This document shows, piece after piece, positions 1-13,260 of a stretch of 64,000 nt of DNA; within the stretch, counting starts at the first letter, position 1; each line of letters begins with the position of its first letter. The notes below the pieces were generated by a model. It saw nothing but the letters and a program-made list of their open reading frames with translations. It had not been told where the DNA came from and ran no database searches. Made by a program: the position numbers and the translations under genes. The DNA is from Azolla caroliniana (Eukaryota; Plantae; Polypodiophyta), in assembly GCA_043228905.1 (NCBI GenBank), contig JBHGNT010000016.1, forward strand, positions 3,472,001 through 3,536,000. Reading direction: 5' to 3'.

Positions 1-242
1 GAAAAGCGAAAAAAGCCAAAAAGCCAAAAAGCAAAAAGGGAGAAGAAAAAAGAAATAAAAGGGAAAAATTTGGACCGAAAAATCATTTTTTTTTACCCTC
101 ATTTCTTACATATTTGTTTTCATAATCTAATTTTTATTTTTAAATTCTTTTATAATTGTTTCTTGGGAGACAGGCTGGCGGGGGGGGGGGGGCGATCTGA
201 ATGCCAGCTGTCCAGCTGGCGCCGGCCCTTGCCAGGTGGCGA

Positions 243-355
243 TGACGTGGCAGCCAGCCAAAGGCAAGCCTCCCCTCGTCCACGTGGCGCGAGGGAGACA
301 CGTCATCGAGGAGTGGCTGGCGGTGGCCGTGACGTGGCAGGTAGGCACCCACGTG
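243..355 (+). promoter_or_regulatory. Cluster of five ACGT-core G-box/ABRE-like elements upstream of the NDL gene
   Basis: TGACGTGGC (243-251), CACGTGGC (281-288), CACGTCA (299-305), TGACGTGGC (330-338) and CACGTG (350-355) in a GC-rich patch, followed by a CT-rich leader. Confidence 0.55.
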
Positions 356-366
356 GGCTGTCTGTT

Positions 367-530
367 CTGTGTGTGTGTGTGTGTGTCTCTCTGTCTCTCT
401 GTGTCTCTCTCTGTTTCTCTCTCTGTCTCTGTCTCTGTCTCTGTTTCTCTCTGTCTGTCTGTCTGTCTCTGTTTCTCTGTGTTTTTGTGCATTTATTCAT
501 CTTCATCTTCATCTTCATCTTCATCTTCAC
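367..530. repeat. Compound microsatellite (TG)n/(TCTCTG)n/(TCTTCA)n
   Basis: Directly visible; accounts for the spurious ORFs at 70-682. Confidence 0.9.
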
Positions 531-785
531 TCATCCTTTGTCTCCTCCCTCTTGCTTCCTTCTGCTTCACTCTTCCTGCTTCCTTCCTTCTGCTTTTGGA
601 TCATTCTGTTACCTATTTTACTCCTCACCCCAAACCCCTTTTCAATACTATAATGTATATATATACATATAGGTCTGCTTAATCTCTAAGCTTTCTCTCC
701 CTCTGTTCATCGCTTTTCCGTGTCAGATCAGTTCAAAAACACCATCGTCTCCATCTCCATCTCCATCTCCATCTCAACAGAAAAA

Positions 786-3700
786 ATGTGCAATATTACA
801 GTTGATGCAGAGACCATACCATGGGGTGGACAGGTATACACTTGGCCGAACCATTTTCACCTTTCCCTTCCTTCCTTCTTACATACTTTGCATTCTGTGT
901 TTGATTCAATTTTTTAAAATTGAACCTCTCCCTTCTTTTCAATATCCCTACGTTGTTTTTCTTTGCTGTCTTCTCTTCAGGAACATGTCGTGAAGACGTC
1001 CTTTGGAGGCTCCTCTGTCTCTGTCTTTGTTTGTGGTGACCAATCAAAACCTGCTCTCATTACTTATCCTGACATAGCCTTGAACTGTAAGTATACGCAT
1101 ACACACGCCATACCAACTGATCCCATTACATCTTTTTTATCTTTCGATTGAATTTTTGAACTTAAGTAAATCTGTTTTTTTGCTGCTAAACCAAGAGTTT
1201 CCTTGTTCATTTATTTGGTTAATTACAGCCATGTATGTTTCAAGCTTTCAATTGAATTTTTGAACTATGAAAATCTGTTTTTGCTGCTACTCCAAGAGTT
1301 TCCTTGTTTATTTATTTGGTTAATTACAGAAATGTATGTTTCAAGCTTTCAAATTGAATTTTTGAACTGTGAAAATCTGTTTTTGCTGTTAATCCAAGAG
1401 TTTCCTTGTTTATTTATTTGGTTAATTACAGATATGTCATGTTTCCAAGGCCTCCTCCTCTGCCCTGAAGCAGCGTCTCTTATCTTTCACAACTTCTGTA
1501 TCTACCACATTGACGCACCTGGCCATGAGGTAATGGAAAAATGCAAAGAATGAGAAAAAATGAAAGAAATTAACGCTTCTACTAGGAAGAAAGATGGAGA
1601 TTTTGTTTTCTCATTATTCTAACAAATTCTGTTGGTGTTCTTCTTCTTCGCAATATATATAGTTGGGGGCAGCTGCAATACCTCCATGTGAACCCACCCT
1701 ATCCACAGAAGACCTAGCTGATCAAGTGGGTGAAGTATTGAACCACTTTGGGTGAGTTGTTTTGTAATTTATTTTACATTTCCGTGTCATTGCTTCATTA
1801 AGAACTGATGCTCCGATTCCAATGGCAATGCTTCCTCAAGAAAAGCCCTCTTTGTTTAATTTCCGTCACTAAAAACTCGAGTTCTCCTGTAGAGGTACAG
1901 AAGAACATAGGTGAATTGGCCTAACAACCAATCTATAGCTGGATTAAGGCCCAACATCTTATGAGATTTTATTGTGCTCATTGAGATATATACCAATAAC
2001 CTGTTAACATCTGGATTTGAGCCTTACATATAATCATATTGTATAACGTATGTTGGGATATAGACAACAAACCATCAAAATGTGTCTAAAACTTCTTGCT
2101 ATAAATAAAAGAGCATTGGATCACATCTCTCCCATGAATTCAGAAATGATCCTCTCATGCTGATACTGGCTAATTTTCTGGCTTTGCAGATTGCAGACAG
2201 TTATGTGTATGGGTGTCATGGCAGGGGCATACGTTCTCACTCTATTTGCTGTATGTATAGCTACTAAAAAATATATTTTTCTTCAGGCATTAATTTTCTA
2301 CTTTGTGAACCAGTGTATTATGCTTTTCGTTTTGTGATTCAGCTACGACATCCTGAAAGGGTCCTTGGCATGATATTGGTGTCTCCCCTTTGTCGAGCAC
2401 CTACTTGGTCGGAGTGGCTTTACAATAAGGTTCAAATTTTAATGAAGTTCCATATGAGTTGGGTATTTCCATGGTTTGAATATGATTTCCCTCAACTTTT
2501 CAACCTTTGTTGTTGTATGTGTGCAGTTTTTGGTGAATGTTCTTTATTTCTACGGCATGTGCAACCTTGTCAAGGAGACTTTGCTTCAAAGGTACTTCAG
2601 CCAGGTAATCAATAAAACTCTTTGGTGTATGGTATGTCAGTACTTTATAGTTGTGATCACATAAGCGAAAAATATAAGATTTTAAATTTCTCAACCAAAA
2701 ACCTCTATACATTTGAGAAATTAGCAATATGCGAGAAATTTTGAAGTAAGTGAAGAGTGTGTTTGTTGTTGTGTGAGAGGTTGTTGGGAAGATCCTAAAG
2801 GGAACCACTGTTGGAATGAGAAAATCCAATGCTATACATAATCTTATATGATAGTTGAACAAAGTAAACATGGAATGAAAAAATGCAAAATCTTTACTTT
2901 AATCTCCCTCTGAAAGGTGCTGATTGGTATAAACCATATCATTCTAGATGTTTCTTAGGCATGTGCCGTCCAATGATTATCAAGTTAGATTTAAATTAGA
3001 TAAGGTTGAAATAGATGTGTTTGGAGGCCAGAATCCAGTCATGTTTAAGTTTTTGCAGTGGAAATGACTATCAGGATCCAATCGATAAGAGCACATAAAG
3101 CTTATATAAAAATTTCTTCATTTTTTGTTATTGTTATTGTTCTTTGAGATCCTAATTCTCTTTTTATTATTGGGCGTAGGATATCCGGATGGTGGCTGGT
3201 TATGAGTCTGATATTGTGCAGGCATGTAGACGGGTAAGTAAGCATTGCCTTTAGATCAAGATGCAAGAGTTTTACAATTACCATGTATGAAACATTAGTG
3301 TTTTTTCTTGTTTTTTCCTCATATAAACAGTTGTTGGATGAAAGGCAAAGTACAAATGTGATAAGGTTACTTCAATCTATGGATAGGTGAGCTCATACAA
3401 AAAAATGTTCACTCTTTCTTCATGAAGATTTCTGCCTGTTTGTTTTGTTAGAACACATGTGCTTAGAATATGTGATTTATAAAACTCACTGTTTAAAACA
3501 GGAGATGTGATCTTACTGATGGTTTGAAGAAGCTCAGTTGCCGAACACTGGTTTTTGTCGGAGAGCATTCTCCCTTTCTCAAGGAGTCTATACATTTCTC
3601 CAAAGTAATGAACAGAAAATGTACTGCTCTAGTTGAGGTGGGTTTATTCATTATCTTCTGTTTTTAAGAATTAGATCGAACCATCCTACCAGCAGTATTT

Positions 3701-4215
3701 GCATTCAGATTCATTCATGTGGTTTGGCCTATATAATACATAGTAGATTGTGTAAACCTTTGCCAATGTCACACTAGCACTAAGATTACTTAATAATGAA
3801 ACTAATCCTACTGATAGCATTTGTATCCAGATTCATTCATATAACTCTTTATACACACCACTAGATTGTATAAACCTGACAAAATTATGCAAGGAAAACA
3901 ATTTAATATGTTTAAATTTTGATTGTACAGGTGCGAGCATGTGGGTCACTAGTTACGGAAGAGCAACCACAGTCGATGGTGGTACCATTGGAGTACTTTC
4001 TCATGGGTTGTGGCTTCTACCGTACTTCTCCGATGCATCATACCGATTTTTATTCATATGGCAAGGGCCACCGACGTTCGGCTTCGGCTTCTTCTCCAAC
4101 AACCCCACTTAGCCCTCCTTGTATCTCACCAGAGTTGCTCTCTCCAGAGAGCTTGGGACTTAAGCTGAAGCCCATCAAGACAAGGGTTACAGAAGAAGCC
4201 TTCGAGCAAGTATAA
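786..4215 (+). CDS. NDL: NDL (N-MYC downregulated-like / NDRG, pollen-specific SF21-like) alpha/beta-hydrolase-fold protein, 11 exons, 365 aa
   Basis: Exons 786-833, 981-1086, 1432-1529, 1663-1751, 2190-2250, 2343-2429, 2527-2604, 3180-3233, 3331-3386, 3502-3637, 3931-4215. All introns are GT-AG and the exons join in frame (1098 nt). Motifs [48 protein letters not shown] and [21 protein letters not shown] match plant NDL proteins. Confidence 0.95.
1147..1450 (+). repeat. Triplicated ~101-bp unit in NDL intron 2 that contains the 3' splice site
   Basis: Three copies of ttgaatttttgaact..aaatctgtttttgctg..ccaagagtttccttgtt.atttatttggttaattacag, with the AG ending at 1228, 1329 and 1431. Confidence 0.9.
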
Positions 4216-5060
4216 TGATATGATAGATGGGTGGCATTATGCTTTGTGATGGTGATGGTGATGAGTTGATGTAGGAACGTGGTAGTCATCAAGATGGTAA
4301 TATGCCAGATCTTCTGCATAGATGGATGGTAATAGTGCATTACCTTATCATGGGTGCATATTACATGATGATGTAAACTGTATGCACATTGCATGATTGA
4401 TGATGCAAACTGCACAATACACATTGCGAGATGATGTTGATGATGCAAACTGCAAAAACTGCATTGCATGACGATGATGCAAACTGCAAATCTGCATTGC
4501 ATGATGATGATGATGAAGCCTCGATGGGTTCTTCGAATTTTGTGTGGCAATTGATCATCACATGAATGACAATAGGCTGTGGAGTTGACACCATTTTCCT
4601 ACATAACAAATGCAGCTATGGAGATCTTGTTCTCCACCATTTTCATAATATGACTTCAATCATTAATGAATACAACATACTTTGGGTTTCTGCAAAATCT
4701 TTGTGTTTTGTCACACTACTACTACACATACATGGCTGTAAATAACTACCTTTTTCATCTTTTTAACCTTTAACCATTTTGATAGTTATTGAAGGTCTAC
4801 ATAGACACTTTATCATCCATCCAACTAACAGTCCCCCTACTCCCCCCTCCACGTTTTGTTGCTCCTTTTCTTTCCTCACCTTTTCTATCGGTGATTATTG
4901 AAAGATTGAGTAGTGTCGGTTCAACTAATTGTTAATGAGACCACCTTGTTACTCTCGCTTTTCTTTGGGACATCTTTCTCTCAATTGTCACTGACATAAA
5001 TGAGATAACAGTACAGAAGAAGGTTAAAAGGCCTTCTAGAAATGAAGGAAATTCTTTTAT

Positions 5061-5373
5061 GGGAAAAGGACCAAGATACCCTTGGAAGTTTGTCTATTTA
5101 TCAGAATGCCCCTAGAAGTTCCAAATTTACCAAACTACCCTTATGTCCAAAAAATTACATTTTATAAAGTAATTATACACTCAAATCTACAAGCCCTATT
5201 TACCAAAGATAGAAGAAATGGACCTGAACTAGCCCTATTTACCAAAGATTTGAGTGTATAATTACTTTATAAAGTGTAATTTTTTGGACATGGGGGCATT
5301 TTGGTAAATTTGGAACTTCTAGGGGCATTTTGGTAAATAGATGAACTTCTAGGGGTATCCTGGTACTTTTCCC
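5061..5373. mobile_element. Mutator-like (MULE) MITE, 313 bp
   Basis: Imperfect ~128-bp terminal inverted repeats (5061-5188 / 5246-5373; GGGAAAAG...CTTTTCCC) and a perfect 9-bp TSD TTCTTTTAT (5052-5060, 5374-5382). Confidence 0.9.
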
Positions 5374-5639
5374 TTCTTTTATTCATGTTTCTTGAAAACC
5401 TTCTCAGGCCGCCAATGCAAAACAAATCAAGCAATTTATGGTACTAAGGAAAACAAGTAACATTGTAGGAATTATGATTATAAAGCATTGTCGGTATTCT
5501 TTTAATGTGTCAATTTCCCTTTGCACCTGCTGTCTTATGTGCCAATGTTTGTCAAATGCATCCACTCACCTCACTATTTGGATTGATGTAAGTACCCACA
5601 TGTAAGTTGTTCTTTTCATTAATCTGTACATGGCGATGT

Positions 5640-6022
5640 AAAATCATATAGAAAACCATGGAGAATTATGTCTTTGTTGTGGCTACTCTCTTTGTCTCTG
5701 TCTCTCATATGTATCTCTCGACTTGGTGGTTTAAACCATAACTTTGAAGTCATAAAATTGAGAGTACCAAGTTTAATCTTCTCCATGGACTCAGCCCTAT
5801 TAGATGTGTTGTATTTGTTCCCATGTATGATAAAATCATATACACAACCATGGAGAATCATGTCTTTTGCCATGGCTCCTCTCTTTGTCTCTCTTTCTCT
5901 TGTATGTGTCTCTTAACTTGGTGGTTTACACCATAGCATCAAAGTCATAAAATTGACAGTTCCAAGCTTAATCTTCTCCATGTGCTCAACTCTATCATAT
6001 GTGTTGTATTTGTTCTCGTGTA
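5640..6022. repeat. Diverged tandem duplication, ~192-bp unit x2
   Basis: aaatcatata..accatggagaat.atgtcttt...agtcataaaattga...ttaatcttctccatg...tgtgttgtatttgttc occurs at ~5641 and ~5833. Confidence 0.8.
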
Positions 6023-7899
6023 CATGAATGCTCTCACTTATGTATGACAAAATTGATTTTCTATTCTTTCGTAATACAATAAAATTATAAAATCATTACC
6101 AATAAAGTAAAAAAAGAATTGCAAATAAAGTAAGGTTGTCAAATAAAGTGAAAAAGGTTGGATGGTTTGTGTCATCTTTTAGCGCTTGCGGTTTCACGAG
6201 GACAAATATCATTTTTGCAACGTTAAGTAAACTCACCATCTAAGGGCGTGTCAATTATTTTCATTGTAAAAATGTAAAATGTGATGTCCTATCATACATG
6301 AGATTGCAATAGGACAATAACAAAAATTGGGCACATTCCTTGATGATACAAAGAAGGATGGCATGTCATGATTGCTTAAATTGATAATCTATTTGCTAAA
6401 TCACATGTGCCAAGTAGGTCTGAGAAGACAAAAGCATACATGTTGAGATCTGGCTCGTTCTCATCCAAGAGCATCTCTTCTAACTCAATCTCAGTAGGAA
6501 TAAATGAGAACTACACCAACACCAACACCATGCATGAAATGCAATTGCAAAACACTCTAATCTGAAAGTCAAAATTGTAAAGTTGTTTGAAATAAAGTTT
6601 TCTCTATCCAAAACTTGTCAAGATCACATTCAAAGTTAACAAACATCTAAGACGTACTTGTACCACTTGTCTCACTCTTGATCTTATTTCTTTTTTAAAT
6701 GTTCCATTCCAAATGTTGTTGAACATGGGATGTGTTGTGTGAGAGTCTCGAGCTAGGACATTGCCAATCAAAGCTTCATGATGATAGCCAACTTGATTTC
6801 TCATCATGTTATTATGATATTGGTTTCAAACTTTGCAACCTCACATGCCATCTAGCAAGATCAATGAGTCTGAATGAGATCAAAACATGTTCATCGTAAG
6901 ATAAGACAATCAATGACATTCATCATGTAATTGTGCGAGAGACTCTATGGAAGGTAGCAATATGCTTAAGAATAACATAAGCTACCCTTTTTCTCAGGAG
7001 CAATGAAACCCAAACAAGAATGGCCTATCAATGGCGAATTATCCATTTCATGGAACAAAATTTGAGGATATTGATTAAAAAACTTTTCTTCTAGGTAATA
7101 GAAAGGATAGCATTTCGACCAGTAGGGACGCACAATACATATATACATAAAGGATGGGCTCTTGTGACATCCCAATATATCCCAAAATACACAAAAGTTA
7201 TCCTTAAACTTGATAACCTTGATCATTTCTACAAATTACATGGTTTTTCCAATTATAAAGTTATTGTTAAGCCTTCTCGTTATCCTGACACACTTGATGA
7301 CATGATCATATGTGCTGAAAATTATGATGATACTTTTGAGCATTGGTGGTCCACAAATTGATCTTTGTAGGGAAGGTGACACTAGTTTTTCATAAGTTGT
7401 TTCTTCATATGATTTTATGAGGATGATTTTTAAAAGTCGTCGTTGCTTTAATGCCATTCATAAGTAATGGCTACTTGTTGAGAAACAAAAAGGTAAATAA
7501 GGGAAGGTTAAGAGCAACAATTTCATTAGGAAAAGGTCATGAAGCACAACACTTGTTTCCGGTGCATGGTGCAATCCAAGAATGCAAAGTTCTTATTCTT
7601 GTGGATATTTATGGACAAACATAAAATCTTGCTAGAGAAATCTTAAATTGTTGGAGACTATCTCCATTGTCCAAACACTCATAAATATGTTCTATTCTCT
7701 CGTGTGTAAATAAGGATATATGCGATAACAAGCATGGTCACACATACCTTGACCCTCAAATTTCATGTTATGAACATGAAATGTGTTGATATAGTGCTTG
7801 ATAAAGTATGGTTATAGGGAAGAAGAAAGCTAGTTCTATTAGGACTTGGGTATTTGTTCTTTTGAATGATCATGTGCCTTTACTTCCCTTTCTTCCAAT

Positions 7900-8540
7900 A
7901 TCAACTGAATGACTTTGCAACTAGCCTTGTATTACAAGAATATGTTTCAAAGTGATTGCCTACTGAATTACATCCTAGACATAATGTTAGTCATGAAATT
8001 GATGTGGTTCTTTGTAGCCTGTGGATAAACTACCTTATAATTCTAGGCATGGGAAGCCTTCCGGTGTAGAATACCAATTAGTTGATTATCTTCAATGTAG
8101 TGGTATTAAATCCTTGTCCTTGGTTCGGAGATCTATTTTGTTGGTGGAAAAGAGCAATGGATCCATGCAAACATTGATAGACTATAGAAGAACAAGTATA
8201 TGTTGCCACTAATTGGATGATTTATTTAGCAAGGGAGCATTGTGTACACAAAGTTAAATTTGCCACCGTTGGGCTTATGAATAACTTTTATTGATTGCTT
8301 TTGGTGTCACTAATGCTCCAACATCTTTTATTACAATTACTATGGACATGTTATGAATAATTTTTAATGATAGCTTTTGGTCTCTCTAATGCTCCAAGAA
8401 CTTTTATCATAATTATTATGGATGGTGTCCACTGTTAATATTTGGGAGAATCATGTAGTCATTTTCCATAATGATATTTTTGTTGTTTTAAGCCCACTAA
8501 AGAGGAAATTTTAAGTTCTCCAAGGTGTATTTGAGAGTTT
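7900..8540 (+). mobile_element. Highly degenerate Ty3/gypsy reverse-transcriptase remnant
   Basis: Broken frames give HEIDVV, ILLVEKSNGSMQTLIDYR (cf. PVLLVKKKDGSMRMCIDYR), LDDLF and FGVTNAPTSF (cf. FGLTNAP). Confidence 0.65.
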
Positions 8541-9599
8541 TTGTGAATGAGAACTTTGATGCTTAGGAGTAGGTATACAAGATCTTGGTCATGTGATTCT
8601 TGATTGCAACATTCAAGTGAACCGTGGCTGAGGAAGGAATTTAGCATCACAAAAATGTAAAATGCCCAATTGCTTCCGACTTCAATCATCCATTCTAAAT
8701 GGATACATTGATAATTGCAATAATCTCTCTTCACTGTGCCTATTATTCCTTCCATTTACCTCACATGCCAAGTTGGCTTGCTTTTGTGAGCTCCACTCCA
8801 ATGCAATAAAATTATTTGCTTGCTATTTGATATGCTTTGCTTGCGGTGTTCAAACCCTAACAAGAAAGAAATGTTCAAAGGTAATGTGTTGCAAAGATAG
8901 GGTTAATACACACATGGCCCATCCCATCTATGGGAAATGACTACCTGGCCCAATTGTAGCATTGACATTGGAATATAGACAATCGATTGTAGCATCATAT
9001 AACACAAGCTATAATACCAATTAGAAAAAGACTATATCACTAGATGATCAGCATTCTAAGCAATCAAACTTGCACATGGGACATGAGATAGATAGGTGGA
9101 AACAAGAGAACTCTAACCCACTAAAAGATCATCATTTTTACGTATGCATAACTTAAAAAGAACCTTGCACTAGAAACACAAAAAGAACAAACAATCTCCC
9201 ACTTTGTGTTCAACCCAATTTAGTAAACATGTGTCCTGACATATATATATACCCAAAGGAGAACTAGCACCTGAGAGAACAAAATCCTTATCAGTAAACC
9301 GCATAATGAACCATTCATTCTTCTAAAAGAGTATTCCACATAATTGAAAGACAATAAAAAGAAAATGCACTGAGACCAATTGCCTCAGTATGCAACCCTC
9401 ACTTAGAATAAGTAAATGCCCGCAAATACAAAAACTACTCATGTCGTGAATGTGGTTGATGTACCAACGCACTGCCGAATATAACTATCAGAATTATGAA
9501 AAGATGTCTTCATCATTGTACTTACTACTGTAGTGGCAGAAAATATGTTGATAAGGCTCAAGCCTCAGCTAAGATTTCAAAGGGGAAACAGAGACATGT

Positions 9600-9826
9600 C
9601 CATGAAATGTTATATCTATATTCGCGCATGAAGTGGGACATGGCCATCAGAGGTCATATCCATATTTCACACATGATGTAGCACATTTCCATCAAAGGTT
9701 CCATGAAAGGTTATATCCATATTCGCACATGAAGTGGTACATGACCATCAAAGGTCATATCCACATTTCACACATGATGTAGCACGTGTCCATCAAAGGT
9801 TATATCCATAATCACACATGAGGTGG
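9600..9826. repeat. Degenerate ~45-bp minisatellite
   Basis: Repeated ccatcaaaggt(t/c)atatcca.att..cacatga units. Confidence 0.7.
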
Positions 9827-10586
9827 CTTGCTCATTTGGCTTGGCAAATGAGCATCCATTTGAGTTCAGAAGTTTGATTCCTACTTGGATGATGCACCAT
9901 GATCTCACCCGCTAACTTGTTCGATTTTTATTCTTTTTTAACCCATTTTAACATCAACGTTAAGCTCAAACATGTCGTGGTCTTCCTGCATTTTTCCTTC
10001 AATGATACTTATGCCACATTGGAGCAATTTCCTACCTGGGCAATGGTTATGAGCATGGTCCCAACACAATCTTCCATCAACACTGTTTTTTTATCAAAGC
10101 ATTTAAACTCTGTCAGAAGCAGTAAAGGATCGAACAAAAAAAATCTGTTGAACCAGGAAAAAAGAAGATTGGAAAGCAAATTGCGAGTATGTATTTTTTA
10201 CATACACACAAATAAAGAAAAAGGGGAAAAATACAAAAATACTCAAAAAGAACAAAGAGCAGTAAAAATACTGTAGTCATCCTACTGTGGCCTATTGATT
10301 GATCTGACCATTGAAATTAGACAAGAAGATGTGGGAAAAACAAGTGTATTTATATGTATATATTAATAGACCAGTAATCTAGTACTCAATGTGATTGAGC
10401 TAGCATTAGCAATGGAATCAGTAAACAAGAACAAGAACAAGAAGATGATGCTGATTGATGATGATTTGGGCAAAACAAACACTCACACACACATACATAT
10501 ATGCATGTATGAGACGATCAGTGAGCTAAGATACTGTCTGTACTCATGTAAATGGGCGATCCTTTTAAATCAGTACGAAGAATATT

Positions 10587-13260
10587 TCAATCAATGGACA
10601 TAGCGACCGCTGCAGATGATGTCCTGCTAATGGATACTAAGTCTGTGGCAGAAGTATTCATGTCCATGGAGACCTTACAGCAGGTGTTGGAATTTCCCAG
10701 GGTGAGCTCTAACCCTTCTTCTCCCATTAAGCAGACCTCCTCCTGAAGGATTGTCTCTCCTTCCCATGGCTTCACAATTATTGAAGACAAGGATGAATGA
10801 GATCCAGACCCAGCTGCCTTTGATCTAACCTCATGATGATGATCATCATTGTGAGATACTGTTCTTTTATCCCTGCACGAATTGTAAGTATCCATGTTCT
10901 GATCCAGCACATTGACGGCTTGATTTCTGATCAAGCTCTCCCGAACAATGTTTAATCTAGTGGAAGTTGAATCCTGTGTGGTTACTATAGATCTTGCTGC
11001 CGTCACCATGAAAGCTGAAGAAGTAGCTTGATGCTCTTTTATGTCTGTTTGATGTGATACATTATACTGTACTGCTGAAGGACAGGCCCATTTGCTAGGT
11101 GTGCTCGAACTTCTGATATCATGATCTGTGGAGAAGGAAAGATTAGACGATGGTGGAAGATAACCGTTACTAACTACATTAATTCTGGCCTCACCACTAG
11201 CTGGAGCAGAAATCTCTAAAGTAGACTTAGAATTATACGCTCTTGCAGAAGCATATTTAGCAGACTCTAATGGTTTACGATCTTCTGCTTCATCATCATC
11301 TTCTTCAATAGTATTATTATTGCCGTTGAGTTCCATAGCCAAACTTGGCTCAACCAGTCGTTTCGCAGGGTAAAGTGACGGTGGATTAATTTGCTTTGTT
11401 AGAAGAGAAATATAGTCTTCATCTTGAGATGGTTGTTGCTGTTTTTCTCCAAAGGTAGCTGTGAAATTGAAGTTGGTAAGGCTTCGCAGAGACGATGAAG
11501 GATGTGTGGGGGTAGAGGCTCCTGAGGCAGGGAAGGGTGTGGGGGAACCGCTGGAACAGGTATTATTGAAATTATTATATGGCGATGGAGTCGAAGATCC
11601 AGAAGTATTACTAAGAATGAGATTATTACTGTTGTGAAGAACAGGAGGATATGTTGGAGTAGATGTTCCTGACGCAAATTTGTTATTAGCATGAGTGTGC
11701 ATGGAAGAATTATTAGCTTGATTCACTGCCGTCATGAAAGTTTGGGCACCATAACTTCCTGTATTGCTCCTACAGAATGCTCCAGCACAGTCGGAATTAG
11801 AGCTAATCTCTAATCCTGGTTCTCCTTTAATAACACTTACCTGATGATGATGAAGATCAGTACTCCAATCACTTATGATCGGATACTTCCCATTGCAGTT
11901 ATTATTATAAGACATCCTTGGGGAGCTTAATGGTGGAGTCACAGGAGCACTGCAAGTTCCTCCCCTCATCATTTGCAGAGGACGCAAGCCCATATTACTA
12001 CAGTAATTGTTAGTGTTTCGCACAGAAGAAGAATTGGAAGTTCCTGCCATAGCAACCTGATCAGAAGAGATTGAAGGTTTTTCCCCAGATGCCATTGTTA
12101 ATATGCCAGAAGGTGATGCCGAAAGACCTTTCAGCCATGGAATCAGAGATACTCCTTCTGTGGACTGATTAAAACCTGCATTAGCTCGATTCATCAGGAC
12201 TCCTTCAGATGCATTATAAGAAGATGAAGCAGGACTGTTTGTTGTTGATGTAGGTAGACTGCAAACTAGTTCTCTTCGATTATCTTGAGAAGGCTTGCAT
12301 CCCTTGAAAAAATGGTGCATATTAGTTTGAACAAAATTACAAAAACCTAATAATAACCATTATACAATTTGAAGATGATGTTGATTTTTAACAATCACAT
12401 AGCATTCGAGCTAATAACCAATGCACACAGATCCGTGGAGGCAATGCTGAAGTTAAGATAATAATCATCTAATTAGATCATTGCCAACATCGAACTCTTC
12501 TGCTACACACTAAACTAACAATAGTCCACATAGATCTGTTAGAAAATGTGCACGACAAGGTGAAGCTAATCTCATAAAAGATTACACAGAGGATCTGTAA
12601 GATAATATGCAATAGACATGCAGGAACCGATGGAGCTTAGCTAAAAATTATCTTCATAGCTCGTCTATAATTAGAATGTATAACGAAGCTATGATACTTC
12701 AGTCTACACAGATCTGTAAGAAAATGAGTGGGAAGACAACGAAACTGAACTTAACTAGATCTAATTTGATCAGTTGTGAAACAAATGTGCAGGAACTGAA
12801 GAAAATAAGTTAATCACTCTCTTTGATGATATGTGACGCATATGGCAAGAGTTCCGGTTGCGTTAGATAAGTGAACCATAGTGTGCACAGCTATCTGCAG
12901 GAATATGTGACAGCAAAGGAACAGGCAACAGTTTCATTGCAGAAGTTAAAGAAATCGCATCTCTGTGTACATACATATCAGATCCGTATAACAATGAGCA
13001 GGATACAATCCTAGGATGACTCATGGCGATCTTACCTTCTTGTATGTTGTTCCATCTTCTTCCACAGTCCATCCCGCTTCTCGACACAGAGCTTTCAGAA
13101 CTTCATTGTTATCGCAATGCTTGGGAAGCTTATAGTTTCCAAATTGTCTCAAGCCTGCAAAAATACGGGAGGCTATGGCCCGCCGTTTCCTCTCCCTCCT
13201 TTTGTTGTTCTCTCTCTCCTTCATTGTGGGGGCTCGACTGCTTGAAGCCGCTGCTGTCAT
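10587..13260 (-). CDS. BES1/BZR1-family transcription factor, 2 exons, ~646 aa
   Basis: Exon 1 13260-13036 encodes the BES1_N domain ([65 protein letters not shown]). The intron is GT-AG at the conserved TTYxK|GCKP position. Exon 2 12302-10587 has [25 protein letters not shown] and the EAR-like LELTLG. Confidence 0.93.

Noticed and set aside
70-682. Several 70-200 aa ORFs on both strands
   Set aside because: They are translations of (TG)n/(TC)n/(TCTTCA)n microsatellites with no protein motifs.
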